Below are positions 12,976 to 24,090 of a stretch of DNA of 64,000 nt, one piece after another. The translations under genes were made by a program, and so were the position numbers. Numbering within the stretch: position 1 is the stretch's first letter; each line of letters begins with the position of its first letter. The notes under the pieces are model-generated. The model worked only from the letters and a program-made list of their open reading frames with translations. It was not told the origin of the DNA and ran no database searches. This DNA is from Camelus dromedarius (Eukaryota). Location of the stretch: NCBI RefSeq assembly GCF_036321535.1, contig NC_087437.1:94738001-94802000 (forward strand), written 5' to 3'.

Positions 12976-15086
12976 AAAGTTTCTGAACCCAATGAAAATT
13001 TAGCTAATGCTATGTCTGGTGAGCAAGTCACTTAGATTCTCTCTGGATCTTACTATCCTCATGAGTATGAGCAAACATTTACTTCCAGTTTATCCTCATA
13101 GGCTTCTTACCCCTCTGTGATTCTGTTACTTCCATTAAACCTAGGTCATAAATGAAACAAATCCAGAACTCATGAATGTTTATGCTAAAATACTGCATTT
13201 TACTTTATTTTGCAAAGATTTTTCAGAGTTATCTTCTCAAATATAGTCAGTATCAGAAACCCTAAGAAATCAAGCAAGACAGAAACCCAGATTTGAGTAG
13301 ATTGTTTTCCAACTCTTGTGCTATAGTATGTTGTTTGAATGTTATTAAAGCAGTGGCATACTAATAGTTAGGCTCTACTAATATTATTTTTCTAATTAAA
13401 CTTTGAGTTTTCAATTGAATGATTATTCAGTCATAACCAGGTTTATTTTGGAGAAGAAAATTTGAATTTTCAAGTATAAATTTCCTGTCTTTTGTCCCTT
13501 TGGATATGGGAGAAAGTATACAAACATTTCTGCCGTATGCATATGAAGTTTCTAAAGTATTTGTTTCTTTTTCTACTCAAAAACATAAGATGCATAATTC
13601 ACTGGTAACTTTTGCTGAGAAATGCATCATACAGCATTAGCCAAATGCCTGCCTGAGATAGTTTTCATCAGAGAGAGAAAACTGTTTATAATTCAAAGTC
13701 CAGCACAAACATGACATCCAACGGGATGCCTTTCCTATATCACAATTAGAATTAGTTTCTTAGTCCTCTACCTCCAAATCACTTTGTACACACCTATGTT
13801 ATGAAACTTTTTCCACTGGTGTGTTTCCTATATGCTCCCAGAACCCACCCCTGAACCGGCCAAGGACTGAATTTTTAAAAGGGAATCCTTCCCTCATTTC
13901 TGCTTGTAACCATGAAATAATATCTCAGATGTAAGAGGTGCAAATCAATGCATGTATTTTAATATTAACACAATTTATAGTCAATTTGGCCATAATCAAA
14001 GATGTTCCTGATATTTGTGTTATTATCTATGTGTATCTCGATGTAACAAAACTAACAGAGTCTCTCTCCCACCTGAGTCCACGTGTCAACTTCTATTCAC
14101 AGTATACTATATTTGGTTGTAAGGCCCATGGTTCATTCATTCAGTACCTTTGTTCAAAATGAACCTCTTTATTTCTGATTGATGTGCTCAGGTGAATGGG
14201 CAAGCTACTCTTCTTCCTTGACATTTGAATGTTACATGCTGTATTTGTCCTTATACTTCAGCAAGACTTTAAAGCAATTGTTCTGCCCCTGCTTGTGGCA
14301 GCTCACCATCAGCTCACCTGTTTGCCAGATATTCTCTGATCCTATCTCCTTTGTAAGGACTCTAAGATGTTTTTGCCAATAACAGGGTGTTGCCGTTTAT
14401 TGCCTGTGGTTGAATATATCAAAATTGCTTGACATGTTAGATGTCACTTTTGTTTGTCACAACTTAGCCCTGAACCAGGTTACAAGTTAAATCCCATAAT
14501 TAACTTGGTGACAAAGAGGGATTTAGTCACCTATCACGTCATCATCATTTAATGCAGTTCCTTGAGAGGATAATTTAGGCTGTTCTGGATACAAGCTAAT
14601 ACTTGACCTTGACCATCATCAGAAAGATTTTCAGTCAAACAAATATGCTACCATTTTAGAGAAGTTTAGGCTTTCTCCAAAATCCTAAAATAAAGCAAAC
14701 AGGATTATCCAGTGGTTTTTAAAGACATATATATACATATTAGCATTTAATGTATGTCACTGAAATATTTAGAAAATAAAAGTAAACACAAAGGAAAAAT
14801 TACAACCTCACTGTATCCCCTCTGTATTATCAATCCCTAGATATAAATACTATCAAAATTCTGGGTATATTTCTTTGCAGACTTTGATATGTTTGCCTGT
14901 CTATGTATCTGTTAATCTATAAAACTTTATATACACACACACACACTTTTGCCAACTTTTTACATATCACCATATTGTAAACTCCAAGAGAAATTTAAAT
15001 TAAATTTAATATTTTGACTGTCTACAATTGAAATTGTCATAATTATCATAACATCAAATAAAGTATCCATTAGAAAACTATTTCAA

Positions 15087-16129
15087 AAGCAATAAACAAA
15101 TGAGACTTAATCAAACTTAGAAGCTTCTGCACAGCAAAGGAAACCATGAACCAAAAGAAAAAACAACCTAAGGACTGGAAGAAAATATTTGCAAATGATG
15201 TGACTGATAAGGGCTTAATTTCCAAAATATAAAAATAGCTCATACAACTCAATTAAAAAAAAAACAATCAAAAAACGGGTAGAAAACCTAAATAGATATT
15301 TCTTCAAAGAAGACATACAGATGGCCAGTAGGCACTTGAAAAGATGCTCAACATTGCTAACTATTAGAGAAACAAAACTACAATGAGGTATCAATCACCT
15401 CACATCACTCAGAATGGCCATCATCAAAATATCTACAAATAATAAATGCTGGAGAAGGCGTGGAGAAAGGGAACCCTCCTACACTGTTGGTGGGAATGTG
15501 AATTGGTGCAGCCACTATGGAAACAGTATGGAGGTTCCTTAAAAAAATAGAAATAGAGTTATCATATGATCCAGCAATCCCACTCCTGGGCATATATCCA
15601 AAGAGAACTCTAATTCAAAAAGATACATGCACCCCAATGTTCACTGCAGCACTATTTACAATAATCAAGACATGGAAGCAGCCATAAAAAAAGAATGAAA
15701 TAATGCCATTTGCAGCAACATGGATGGACGTACTAAGTAAAGTAAGTCAGTTGGAAAAAGACACATATCATATGATATCACTTATATGTGGAACCTAAAA
15801 TGTGATACAAATGAACTTATTTACAAAAGAAAAACAGACCCACAGACATAGGAAACAAACTTGTGGTTACCGAACGGGAAAGGCAGGGGAAGGATAAATT
15901 AGGAGTTTTGGATGAGCAGATACAAACTACTATACATAAAATAAACAACAAAGTCCCACTGTACAGCTCAGGGAACTATATTCAATATCTTATAATAACT
16001 ATAATGTAAAAGAATATGAAAAAGTATATATACATACATAATTGAATCACTTTGCTGTACACCAGAAACTAACACAAGATTCTAAATTAACTATACTTAA
16101 TTATACTTAATTTAAAAAAATTAAAAAGA
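15087..16129 (+). mobile_element. 5'-truncated artiodactyl/camelid L1 (ORF2 C-terminus plus 3'UTR) with 15-bp perfect TSD
   Basis: Typical L1 3' sequence (gacatacagatggcc...ggagaaagggaaccctcctacactgttggtggg...) and A-rich tail; TSD AGAAAACTATTTCAA at 15072-15086 and 16130-16144; TT/AGAA site. Confidence 0.92.
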
Positions 16130-17094
16130 AGAAAACTATTTCAACTCAACTATTTCAATCTAAAGTATAACCCAGCTCTTTATCCTGAATAATTATTCAA
16201 AGTAATCATTATTATAATACATATGCTTTCAGTTCTAAAATATGTATCATTTTGAAAATGATTAATTTTAAAATGATATGACTCAATGATCTAAGGTGGT
16301 GAATATATTTATGAAGCTCTCCTAAGGAAATAGGGATTCACATTGAAACTTTGTAATTTAGGAAATTTTATTAGAAGAGTCAAGCTTCCGTTGGAAAGTT
16401 GATGCTAACATAACATTGCAAAACTCCTGAGAAGTGGTTTGATCTCTTCACAGAAAAAAAAATTGAAACCTGAAACTATTCACTTAGATGCTCAATATTC
16501 AGTTAGACCACGGTGCTAAACATATATGTTCAAACATTTTTTTAAATATGACCTTTAAAAAGAGTTAATAAAGTCAGAATCTAATAAAAGTCTTATAAAA
16601 TGAAATCACAGGTCAGCCTGCCTGTTTAAGACAGATAATTTTCCACATTACCATAACTGCAGAATTAAAAGTCAATTTCAACCTACTTCCATTCATCCCA
16701 CCTGGGTTTCAGACCTCTAAATAAGTAAAAGTATGAGAAAATAGCATCTAGAGTATCCTTAATTCTGGTCTGAAAAATATAACATATTCAAAATGTTGTC
16801 ATCATCAGAAGCGACTTCTGTTAAGCCACTGCCAGTTCTGTTTTGTAGAAATGTATTTTATTCTAATTTAACTCAGAAATCAAATGACAATATAGCTCTA
16901 TGAATATGAATAGTAACCAACAGATAGCCATTTACATCAAAGGCAAGAAAGTATATTCAATGAATTGCTATCACTGCATCTGTTTACCTAGGCTTTGGTG
17001 TATATGAAACTGACTTTAATTACTCTCTTCTCAGAAATTATTCTTGACCTAATCCCATACGAATTCCATACATATTAACCTCTCAGTATTATTT

Positions 17095-17225
17095 GTTTTG
17101 TTTGGTGGGGGGGAAGTAATTGGGTTGATTTATTTATTTAGTTTTAGAGGAGGTACTGGGGATTGAACCCAGGACCTTGTGCATACCAAACATGCACTCT
17201 ACCACTTGAGCTATTACCCTCCCCC
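17095..17225 (-). mobile_element. Vic-1-type tRNA(Ala)-derived camelid SINE
   Basis: The reverse complement has an A box, B box (GGTTCAATCC) and AATAAA...AATTACTTCCCC tail; imperfect TSD tctcagta(tt/ac)attt at 17081-17094 and 17227-17240. Confidence 0.85.
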
Positions 17226-17874
17226 GTCTCAGTAACATTTTACTATGTTGACCAGTTGTAGAAAATACCACATGAACTCATCAAGTACCTACAAAGCGCC
17301 CCAGTATGCAAAGCACGACGAAACACTGAAAAAATATTTTTGAGTGTTTAGCAAGAGTAAATAAGCACCAGTATCTTTAATAAAAATGGCAGCAGCTTAT
17401 AAACTGTTCAGAGTTGAAAGATCTGCTTCAGTAGAATTGTTGATTACCTTGGAATGTGTGGCTGGGTAAGGAGAGCGCAGGAGAGATTACAGCTTTGCCA
17501 CAGTAGGAATTTAGTCACTCGAGTTATCATATCATGATTAGCAAGTGGCTGTAGGCGGGGGTTAGATATTCCCCCACACAGTGCTGGTCTTTATCTCTTT
17601 TCCTCTTTTGTGTGCCTGAAGGCATGGTTTTTGAAAGGCACCGAGTTGTTTCCCATTCACAGGTACCACACAGGTAATTAGAGCCAGCAGTGGACGCGAA
17701 AGACTTCCCTTTAGTGAGGCAGTCTGGAATCATTCGCCGCCAAGAGCAAAAGCCATCTAGATAAAGAGGAAGAGGGAAGAGAAGTGAAATACAAGAAGTT
17801 TGGCCAAAGTTGTCAGATTCTTCACTGAGTCATTTCAACTGCCTACACCTCTGTTCCCACACTTGCCACAACTT

Positions 17875-18285
17875 TATAGGGAACAAATTTTAAACAAGGC
17901 AAAAAACTCACAGAATAATAAATAAACATTTATATACCTCTTCCTATATTAAAAATTGTTAATATTTTACCAAGTTTATGTTCTCTCTGTCTAGAGATAG
18001 ATATAAATATGTATGAACATTATTTTCTTTGCTCCCTGTATTATTTGAAACTAGATTGTATACTTCAGCACACATGTCTTAAATAAAAGCATTCCTTTTT
18101 TTTTTAACTATAATAACATCACTCCTTAGAAAGGGAACAATAATTCTATATTAAACACTGGCTAGACCAGGCACAAATTTCCCACAAGTGCCCTGAGAAT
18201 GTCTTTTATAGCTGCTGCTGTTGTCCTGAATTTTTTAAATTATAATTTAAACTAGATTCATGCATTGCATTTAACTGTTTTCCTC
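17875..18285 (-). mobile_element. Ancient L1ME-like 3' fragment
   Basis: AT-rich sequence resembling an antisense L1ME 3' end; highly diverged. Confidence 0.45.
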
Positions 18286-18292
18286 TTTCTTT

Positions 18293-18521
18293 TATAGTGT
18301 CTCAGTCTTAGCAGTATTGACCACGGGCGAGTAGCTCTGTGCTATGGCGAGGGGGAGGGCTGCTGTCCTTTGCACTGCAGGAGGTTTAGATGCATCACCC
18401 CTCTGCACCCACCAGATGCAAAGAACATTCCCCCTGCCCCAATTTGTAATAATCAGAGTTGTCTCTAGATGTTACCTAGTGTTCTGTGGGGGACAAAATC
18501 GCCTCAGACTGAGAACTACTG
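18293..18521. mobile_element. MER20 (hAT-Charlie non-autonomous)
   Basis: gtctcagtcttagcagtattgac...ggctgctgtcctttgcactgcagg...gggggacaaaatcgcctcagactgagaactactg. Confidence 0.8.
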
Positions 18522-18754
18522 CTCTATTTTAATCTAGAAAAGTACCTCTGTTCACATCTAATGTAATATTAGTTAGCTATGCCTGGAGACAAGTCTATAT
18601 TTTATACTTGTATTATCTCAACATAAACCACCATCTCTCTGTGGACTTCTTAGGAATTAATCTCCATAGGAAACAGCCTCTGGGCAGTTATAAAAACCAC
18701 CCGAGAAAAACTTGCCAAAACCAATTCCTATACTCATCTCATCTCCTGAAGAGT

Positions 18755-19263
18755 CCTCACCAGTTCTTACAGTATTAGTAATGTGTCTCAGTTTTCAAAA
18801 ATAACTTTTAAAAAGCTTAAACTTAACCTAAAAGATTTTAAATGAAAATAAACTAGAATGAACAAACATGAGACATGTTCCTCTTTGAATTAGGGATCTA
18901 GCACTGTGAGTTTTCCACACACACACACAAAAAGCACGCCTCCCCAATGTGTTCATAGTGACACAGTGTAAGTGATCCACATTTAACAATCTTAAAACTA
19001 CTTTAACTCAGCTAACGTCACTTCAGAAGTACACTTTCAAAATGTTAATTGAGAAAAACTGAAAATAGTTTTAGTTTACCCAAAATCACATGCTAGAAGA
19101 ACGTTTGCATGAGAAAACACTGAAAGGGTAATTTTCGAATCCAGATTTCACAAACTCTTGGTGCCAAATGGGTCCCACGGCTTCCTCTAGAGTACTAACT
19201 GCTTTTCACTGCTTGTTGGCTGCCAGTGAAAACTTGAAATAACTCAAATGCTACGACAAAACT
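18755..19263 (-). pseudogene. HNRNPF: HNRNPF 3'UTR-derived copy (no CDS)
   Basis: The reverse complement reads ...ggcagccaacaagca...agaggaagccgtgggacccatttggcacc...cagtgttttctcatgcaaa...taaactaaaactattttcag...tctcatgtttgttcattctagttt...ttaggttaagtttaagctttttaaaagtta...tactaatactgtaagaactggtgagg. This is colinear with the mammalian HNRNPF 3'UTR as I recall it. Confidence 0.8.
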
Positions 19264-19350
19264 CAAGTTAGGATTGAGACCTGGGAATCTGAGTTTTTTT
19301 AAAAGCACAGCATGTTATCCCTATCCAAGCCTCGTTTAGGAAATCTGTGT
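19264..19350. mobile_element. MER5-like half element (other half probably ~18680-18754)
   Basis: gagacctgggaatctgagtttttttaaaagc...gtttaggaaatc resembles the MER5 right half; aaaaccacccgagaaaaacttgccaaaaccaattcc resembles the left half. Confidence 0.4.
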
Positions 19351-19757
19351 CATGTGACATAAAATCCAAGGATCTTAGGAAGGGTACACCCAACAAATTC
19401 CTCCTCTCTGTTTTAGTTATTTTAACTTTCTCATTCCTAGGCAGCCATACATATTTTTCCATGTTTGTTTGCTGTTCTTCCTTTTTTGCCGAAATTTCTT
19501 CTTTCCACCACTTAGACTTGGGTACAAATATGTCTTGAACTCTGTATTTTTGTATAAGCAGCCTCCATATTTAATAGTTTCAAATGTAATCAACACTGTA
19601 ATATTTTCCAAATGTTTGTGTTTAATATGCAGATCTCCCACTAATTCTCTCATTGTCCCAAGTCTGTTTCTGTGAGGATTTTTTAATCCATTTTGATCCT
19701 AACATGTTGGCAAAACAATTTACCTTGATTTCTTGGTTTATTTCAAATTTCTATTAC

Positions 19758-20546
19758 CACTCATTGCTGATGGGAGTGCAAAATGGGAATACAGCCACCT
19801 TGGAAGACAGCTTGGTGGTTTCTTAAAAAACTAAACATATCCCACAATCCAGCAATTGTGATGCTTTCAACTCTCAAAGGAGCTGAAAACTTATGTCCAA
19901 ACAAAAACCTGCACACAGATGTTTATAATAGCTTTATTCATAACTGCCAAAATTTGGAAGCAGTTGAGATGTCCTTCAGTAAGTGACTAAATAAATAAAC
20001 TGTAAAATAAACTGTCCAAACAATGGAATAACATTCAGCACCTAAGAGAAATGAACTATCAAGCCATGAGAAGACATGGATGAACCTTAAATGCATATTG
20101 TGAAGTGAAAGAAGTTAGTCTGAAAAGTCCCCATACTGTATGATTCCAACTATATGACCTTCGGGAAAAGGCAAAACTATGGAGACAGTAATGAGATCAG
20201 TGGTTTCTAGGACTTTAGGAGGAGGAAGGAATGGTTGAGTAGAGCACAGGGCAGTGAAGCTACTCTGTGTGATACAGTAATGGTGGATACGTGTCATTAT
20301 AGATGTTTCCAAACTCATAGAATGCACAACAGCAAAAGTGCACCCTAATGTAAACTATGGACTTCGGATGGTAAGGATTTGTCGGTGTAGAGTCATCAGT
20401 TCGAACAAATGCACCCCTCTGGTGGGGGCTGCTGATTATGGGGGAGGCTGTGCACGCATAGAGGCAGGAGGTCTATGGGAACTTTCTGTACCTTTGGTAC
20501 AATTTTGCTGTGAAGGTAAAATTCCTCTAAAAATAAAATCTATTAA
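19758..20546 (+). mobile_element. L1MC1/2-like 3' end
   Basis: Diagnostic tgtaaactatggactt...aacaaatgcacccctctggtggggg...gggggaggctgtgca...aaaataaaatctattaa. Confidence 0.88.
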
Positions 20547-20671
20547 CATTCTCTCTATTAATTGCTCTATCATTTTTCCTGGGTCTTGGATGAGCTGCAT
20601 GTAATCACTGTATATTTTCCTCCCTTTTTCACTCTCAAGCATAGTCACTATGTTCTTTTAATTCTTCCTCT

Positions 20672-20850
20672 AGAGCAGAACTTCTCAAACTTTCATGTGA
20701 AAAAAAAATTACATAGAAAATTTGTTAAAGTGCCCATTCCCACTCCTCTTCTTGGAAGAATCACATGAAAGAGTTTTGGCATGTATCACAGGAATATGAA
20801 TTCTTAACAAACATCCCAAGTGATTCTGAAATCAGTGTTTCAGGAACCGA
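20672..20850. mobile_element. MER5B/MER5A-like hAT fragment
   Basis: gcagaacttctcaaacttt...ttcttaacaaacatcccaagtgattctga. Confidence 0.6.
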
Positions 20851-20899
20851 CCTTTTCCTTTATAGTGTCTGACACAGTCATCATTGTCTCCATTCTTCT

Positions 20900-21330
20900 A
20901 TGACTTCAGGCTTATTCTGTTCACATAAAGGTTTCAATCACTTCTTTGCTGGTGACCCTAATTCCAGTCTCCTTTTGCTACAATTATTCCTTTGTGAACT
21001 GCTAAAATAATCTTCTGCAAATGCCATTTTTATCACATCACCTTCCTGTTCAAGAATCAGCTACTGCTACTATATCAAGTCTAAACTCTTGGCCTATAAT
21101 TCAAGGTCCTCTGTCAACTGGCACTTTTGTACCTCTCTAATTTTATCTTTTTCCACTACAGACTGGCTCTCCCCTCTAGCTAAATCCAGCCAACTTTCCA
21201 TTCTTCCATGCTACTTATTTGCGTGCCATTGAGTCTCCCATCAACTGGAATGCCTTCCTTTTTCATTCCCCTCAACATATGTTAAATGTTTGTTCCCATC
21301 TCACCTACTTCAGGAAAATTTTCCTGATTA
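20900..21330 (+). mobile_element. L2 fragment
   Basis: Pyrimidine-rich L2-like sequence (ttcaaggtcctc...actggaatgccttcc...tcacctacttcaggaa). Confidence 0.55.
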
Positions 21331-21899
21331 AAATTTTCCACCAGATCATTGTGCTGATTGAATCAAAATTAACATACTGGACTATAATTCAGATGAGTAG
21401 AAATAACAAAAGAAGCCTCTAAGATTATAAAGTAGGAATGGTATGTTATTTTTACAATTGACTTAAGAAATCAAAGAATTACTGCAAGAAAAATATTAAT
21501 CAGTATTTTAATGGATAAGTATGTGAAATGAAATGTTAAAAATAAGTGGGATTAAGGTTTAGTATAAGTGTGGTAGTTGGAGTAAATACTACAGTAAGGC
21601 AATGAGACACAGGGAGGGACTCATTGGGTAATAACTGAATGGAGAGAATAAGATAACAACTGCTAAGATGTGAAATGAACGTGACGGCAAAAGACAAGTC
21701 AGATGGAAACAAGATAAGAAACCAAAGCCTCAGTTGCCTGTCCAAATAAATCTAAATTGTTCCTGAAGCAGGTTTGTAATTCACGGACATTAGTTTGATT
21801 ATTTTATAGCCATAGCTCCCATATCCAACCAACTCTTGGCTTCTTTAAAGCAGTCATTTCCTGAGCCTGTGTAGCAAAAACACTTCTACCAGAGATCGC

Positions 21900-22190
21900 A
21901 TTCCCATGACATGCTAAGTGCATACCTAATTCATTCAGTACAGCCAGATTTATTTCCACACATCTCTATGCATGAAGAATTCATGAGAGTTCTTGGTTTT
22001 GCAGGCTCTCACCAACACCTGGACTTACCCATTTCCAAATTTTGTTAACTGAATGGATGCATTATGATTTCATGTGGTGAATTTTTTTTGGTATTTATAT
22101 AGTGACTAATGAATTTGTGCATTCCATAAAGTACTGGGAGCCATTCTGGCTTGTCTGTTTATGAATTGTCTCATCACATCTGCCTGACTC
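21900..22190 (-). mobile_element. Ancient L1M/L1ME ORF2 fragment
   Basis: ctctcaccaacacctgg...gactaatgaa...gccattc...ttatgaattgtc resembles the antisense ORF2 3' part. Confidence 0.5.
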
Positions 22191-22877
22191 TTGTATTATC
22201 TCTAATCACATTCATTCTCCATCAGCCCTGTTGAACTCTAGAATTGACCCAGAAGTACCAGGTTTTTGCTAGCTTTCTTGGGTTTGCACGTACTTTTTTC
22301 TCTCTCTGCCCAACTCCAATAAACTTCCACTACACATTTCAATCATAGCACTTTACAGATTCCATGAAAATTATTTGTATCTACATTTTCCTCACAAGAC
22401 CTGGTCTTTAAGAAGAAAAAAAAATAATACTGGTTCCTTAGCTTGTAAAAAATAGGAGGTACGAAGTAAAAAATGTACAAAGATAAATTCCTGAGTGAAG
22501 TTTTCATCTTAACATCCTCAGAGGGGAAATTATTTTATCTCTCTCCTTAGATGAGGAGAGCTAAGGCAAGCCATCATTAGGTGCCCACTCAGAGGGGTCT
22601 ACCAGTCTCTTAGAATGGTCTACAAGCCTTTGTTATATCCACTTGAACCCAGAGATCTCACATTTCCCTGTTTCTGATAACATGAATTTTTGAGCTCCAG
22701 AAGTTCTCTCTTCCCTCATTCAGATCAAGATCCAAGTTCACTTGAAATGGCTTTTACCTGAAAAAGTGAAAAATCCCAAAAGCGGGAGTCAGGCACTCTG
22801 CATACTTAGATCTTGCAACATAGCTGGGGAGGATTACAACAGTATGAAGTGGTCTGGAAAGGACAGCAGAGAAGAAA

Positions 22878-22949
22878 GGGGGTATAGCTCAGTGGTGGAG
22901 CTCATGCTTAGCATGTATGAGGTCCTGGGTTCAATCCTCAGTACCTCCA
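22878..22949 (+). tRNA. tRNA-Ala(AGC)-like unit with intact cloverleaf; probably a Vic-1 SINE copy or pseudo-tRNA
   Basis: GGGGGTATAGCTCAGTGGTGGAGCTCATGCTTAGCATGTATGAGGTCCTGGGTTCAATCCTCAGTACCTCCA (72 nt). All four stems pair, with G3:U70, anticodon AGC, A/B boxes and T13 at 22955-22967. It also has G in place of conserved A21 and the Vic-1-like 'ccattaa' 3' context. Confidence 0.45.
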
Positions 22950-23419
22950 TTAACTTTTTTTTTTTTTAATGTGAAAAGACCAGAGAGAGAGAATCAAGCA
23001 TGTCTTTTGGGGGTAAGGAAGATACTTTCTTTTGGGATGCAACTAGGTGCAAGAGACGCAAATCCTATAAGAAGATGGGAAAATTCCAGCCAGACTGGAA
23101 TAAGGTGATATTGAGAAACTCAAGTGAGAAACACTGGATGGGGGGACAGCCAGTGACTTGAAAAGACCAGCAGGACAAACAGGCCATCCCACCTGCCAAG
23201 TGTGAGGCACCAAGATGCAGGGAATATAGAGACAAGATATATGGTGTTGGAATTAGATAAGTCTGTCATTAAATTATAAAATCCAAGTTACTGGAGTGGA
23301 ATTCAAGGTTATCAACAAACAAGAGTCATTTTACACCTAGGGCAGCTGGAGTGGTAATGATACAAAACAGGAATCAAGATATCATCTTTAACTATATGAG
23401 TTGTAAACTTTTGCTTATT

Positions 23420-24090
23420 TATCCACTTATTTAGCACAATTTTTGAGTGCCTCCTAGGGGTTGGGTGCTGGCATCAGTTGGGGACATGACAATGAACAGA
23501 CAAACTTCTTGGCCCTCACAGAGCTTCATATTTTAGTGGGAGAATATCGAGAGTCTGGGCGTATTTTGAGGATATAATCAGTAATATTTGCTGTTGGATG
23601 GGGTGTATGCAGGATGAGAGAAAGAGAGGAGGCAAGGTTAATTTCAAAATTTGGAGCCTGAACATCATGAAGAACAGAGTTACCATTTATTGAGAAAAGG
23701 CTAACTATGCTGAGACTCAGGTGATTATTAGATATACAAATGGAAATGCCAAGTTGGTAGTTGGATACTACAGTGTGGAGTTCAGGTGAGAAATCTGAAT
23801 AGAAATACTATAAACTTGAGAAACATTAGAGAACACTGGTATTTAAATTCATGGGACCAGAGGAAATTGCCAAGGTAGCAAGTACAGAGATAGAAAAAAG
23901 AAGAGGTCCAAGGGATGTTTAGAAGTTGACCAGCAAATGAGATTGAAAAAAGAATAGAGAGATGTAGGGAGAAAACCAGGAGAGAGAAATGTCCTGGCCT
24001 GTAAGTAAAGACTACAAATCAAGGGGAGGGAACGATCCAAGGATTGAAAATTAAACAGTGAATCTAGCAATATGAAAATTACTTGGGATC
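23420..24090 (-). mobile_element. L2 fragments
   Basis: catttattgag...ttggatactacagtgtggagttcagg...gaaaaccaggagag purine-rich antisense L2. Confidence 0.7.

Noticed and set aside
15070..15593. Minus-strand ORFs such as MPRSGIAGSY...
   Set aside because: Classic antisense-L1 spurious peptides.
18860..18882. p53-like half-site AGACATGTTC
   Set aside because: Only one good half-site, inside the HNRNPF-derived fragment.
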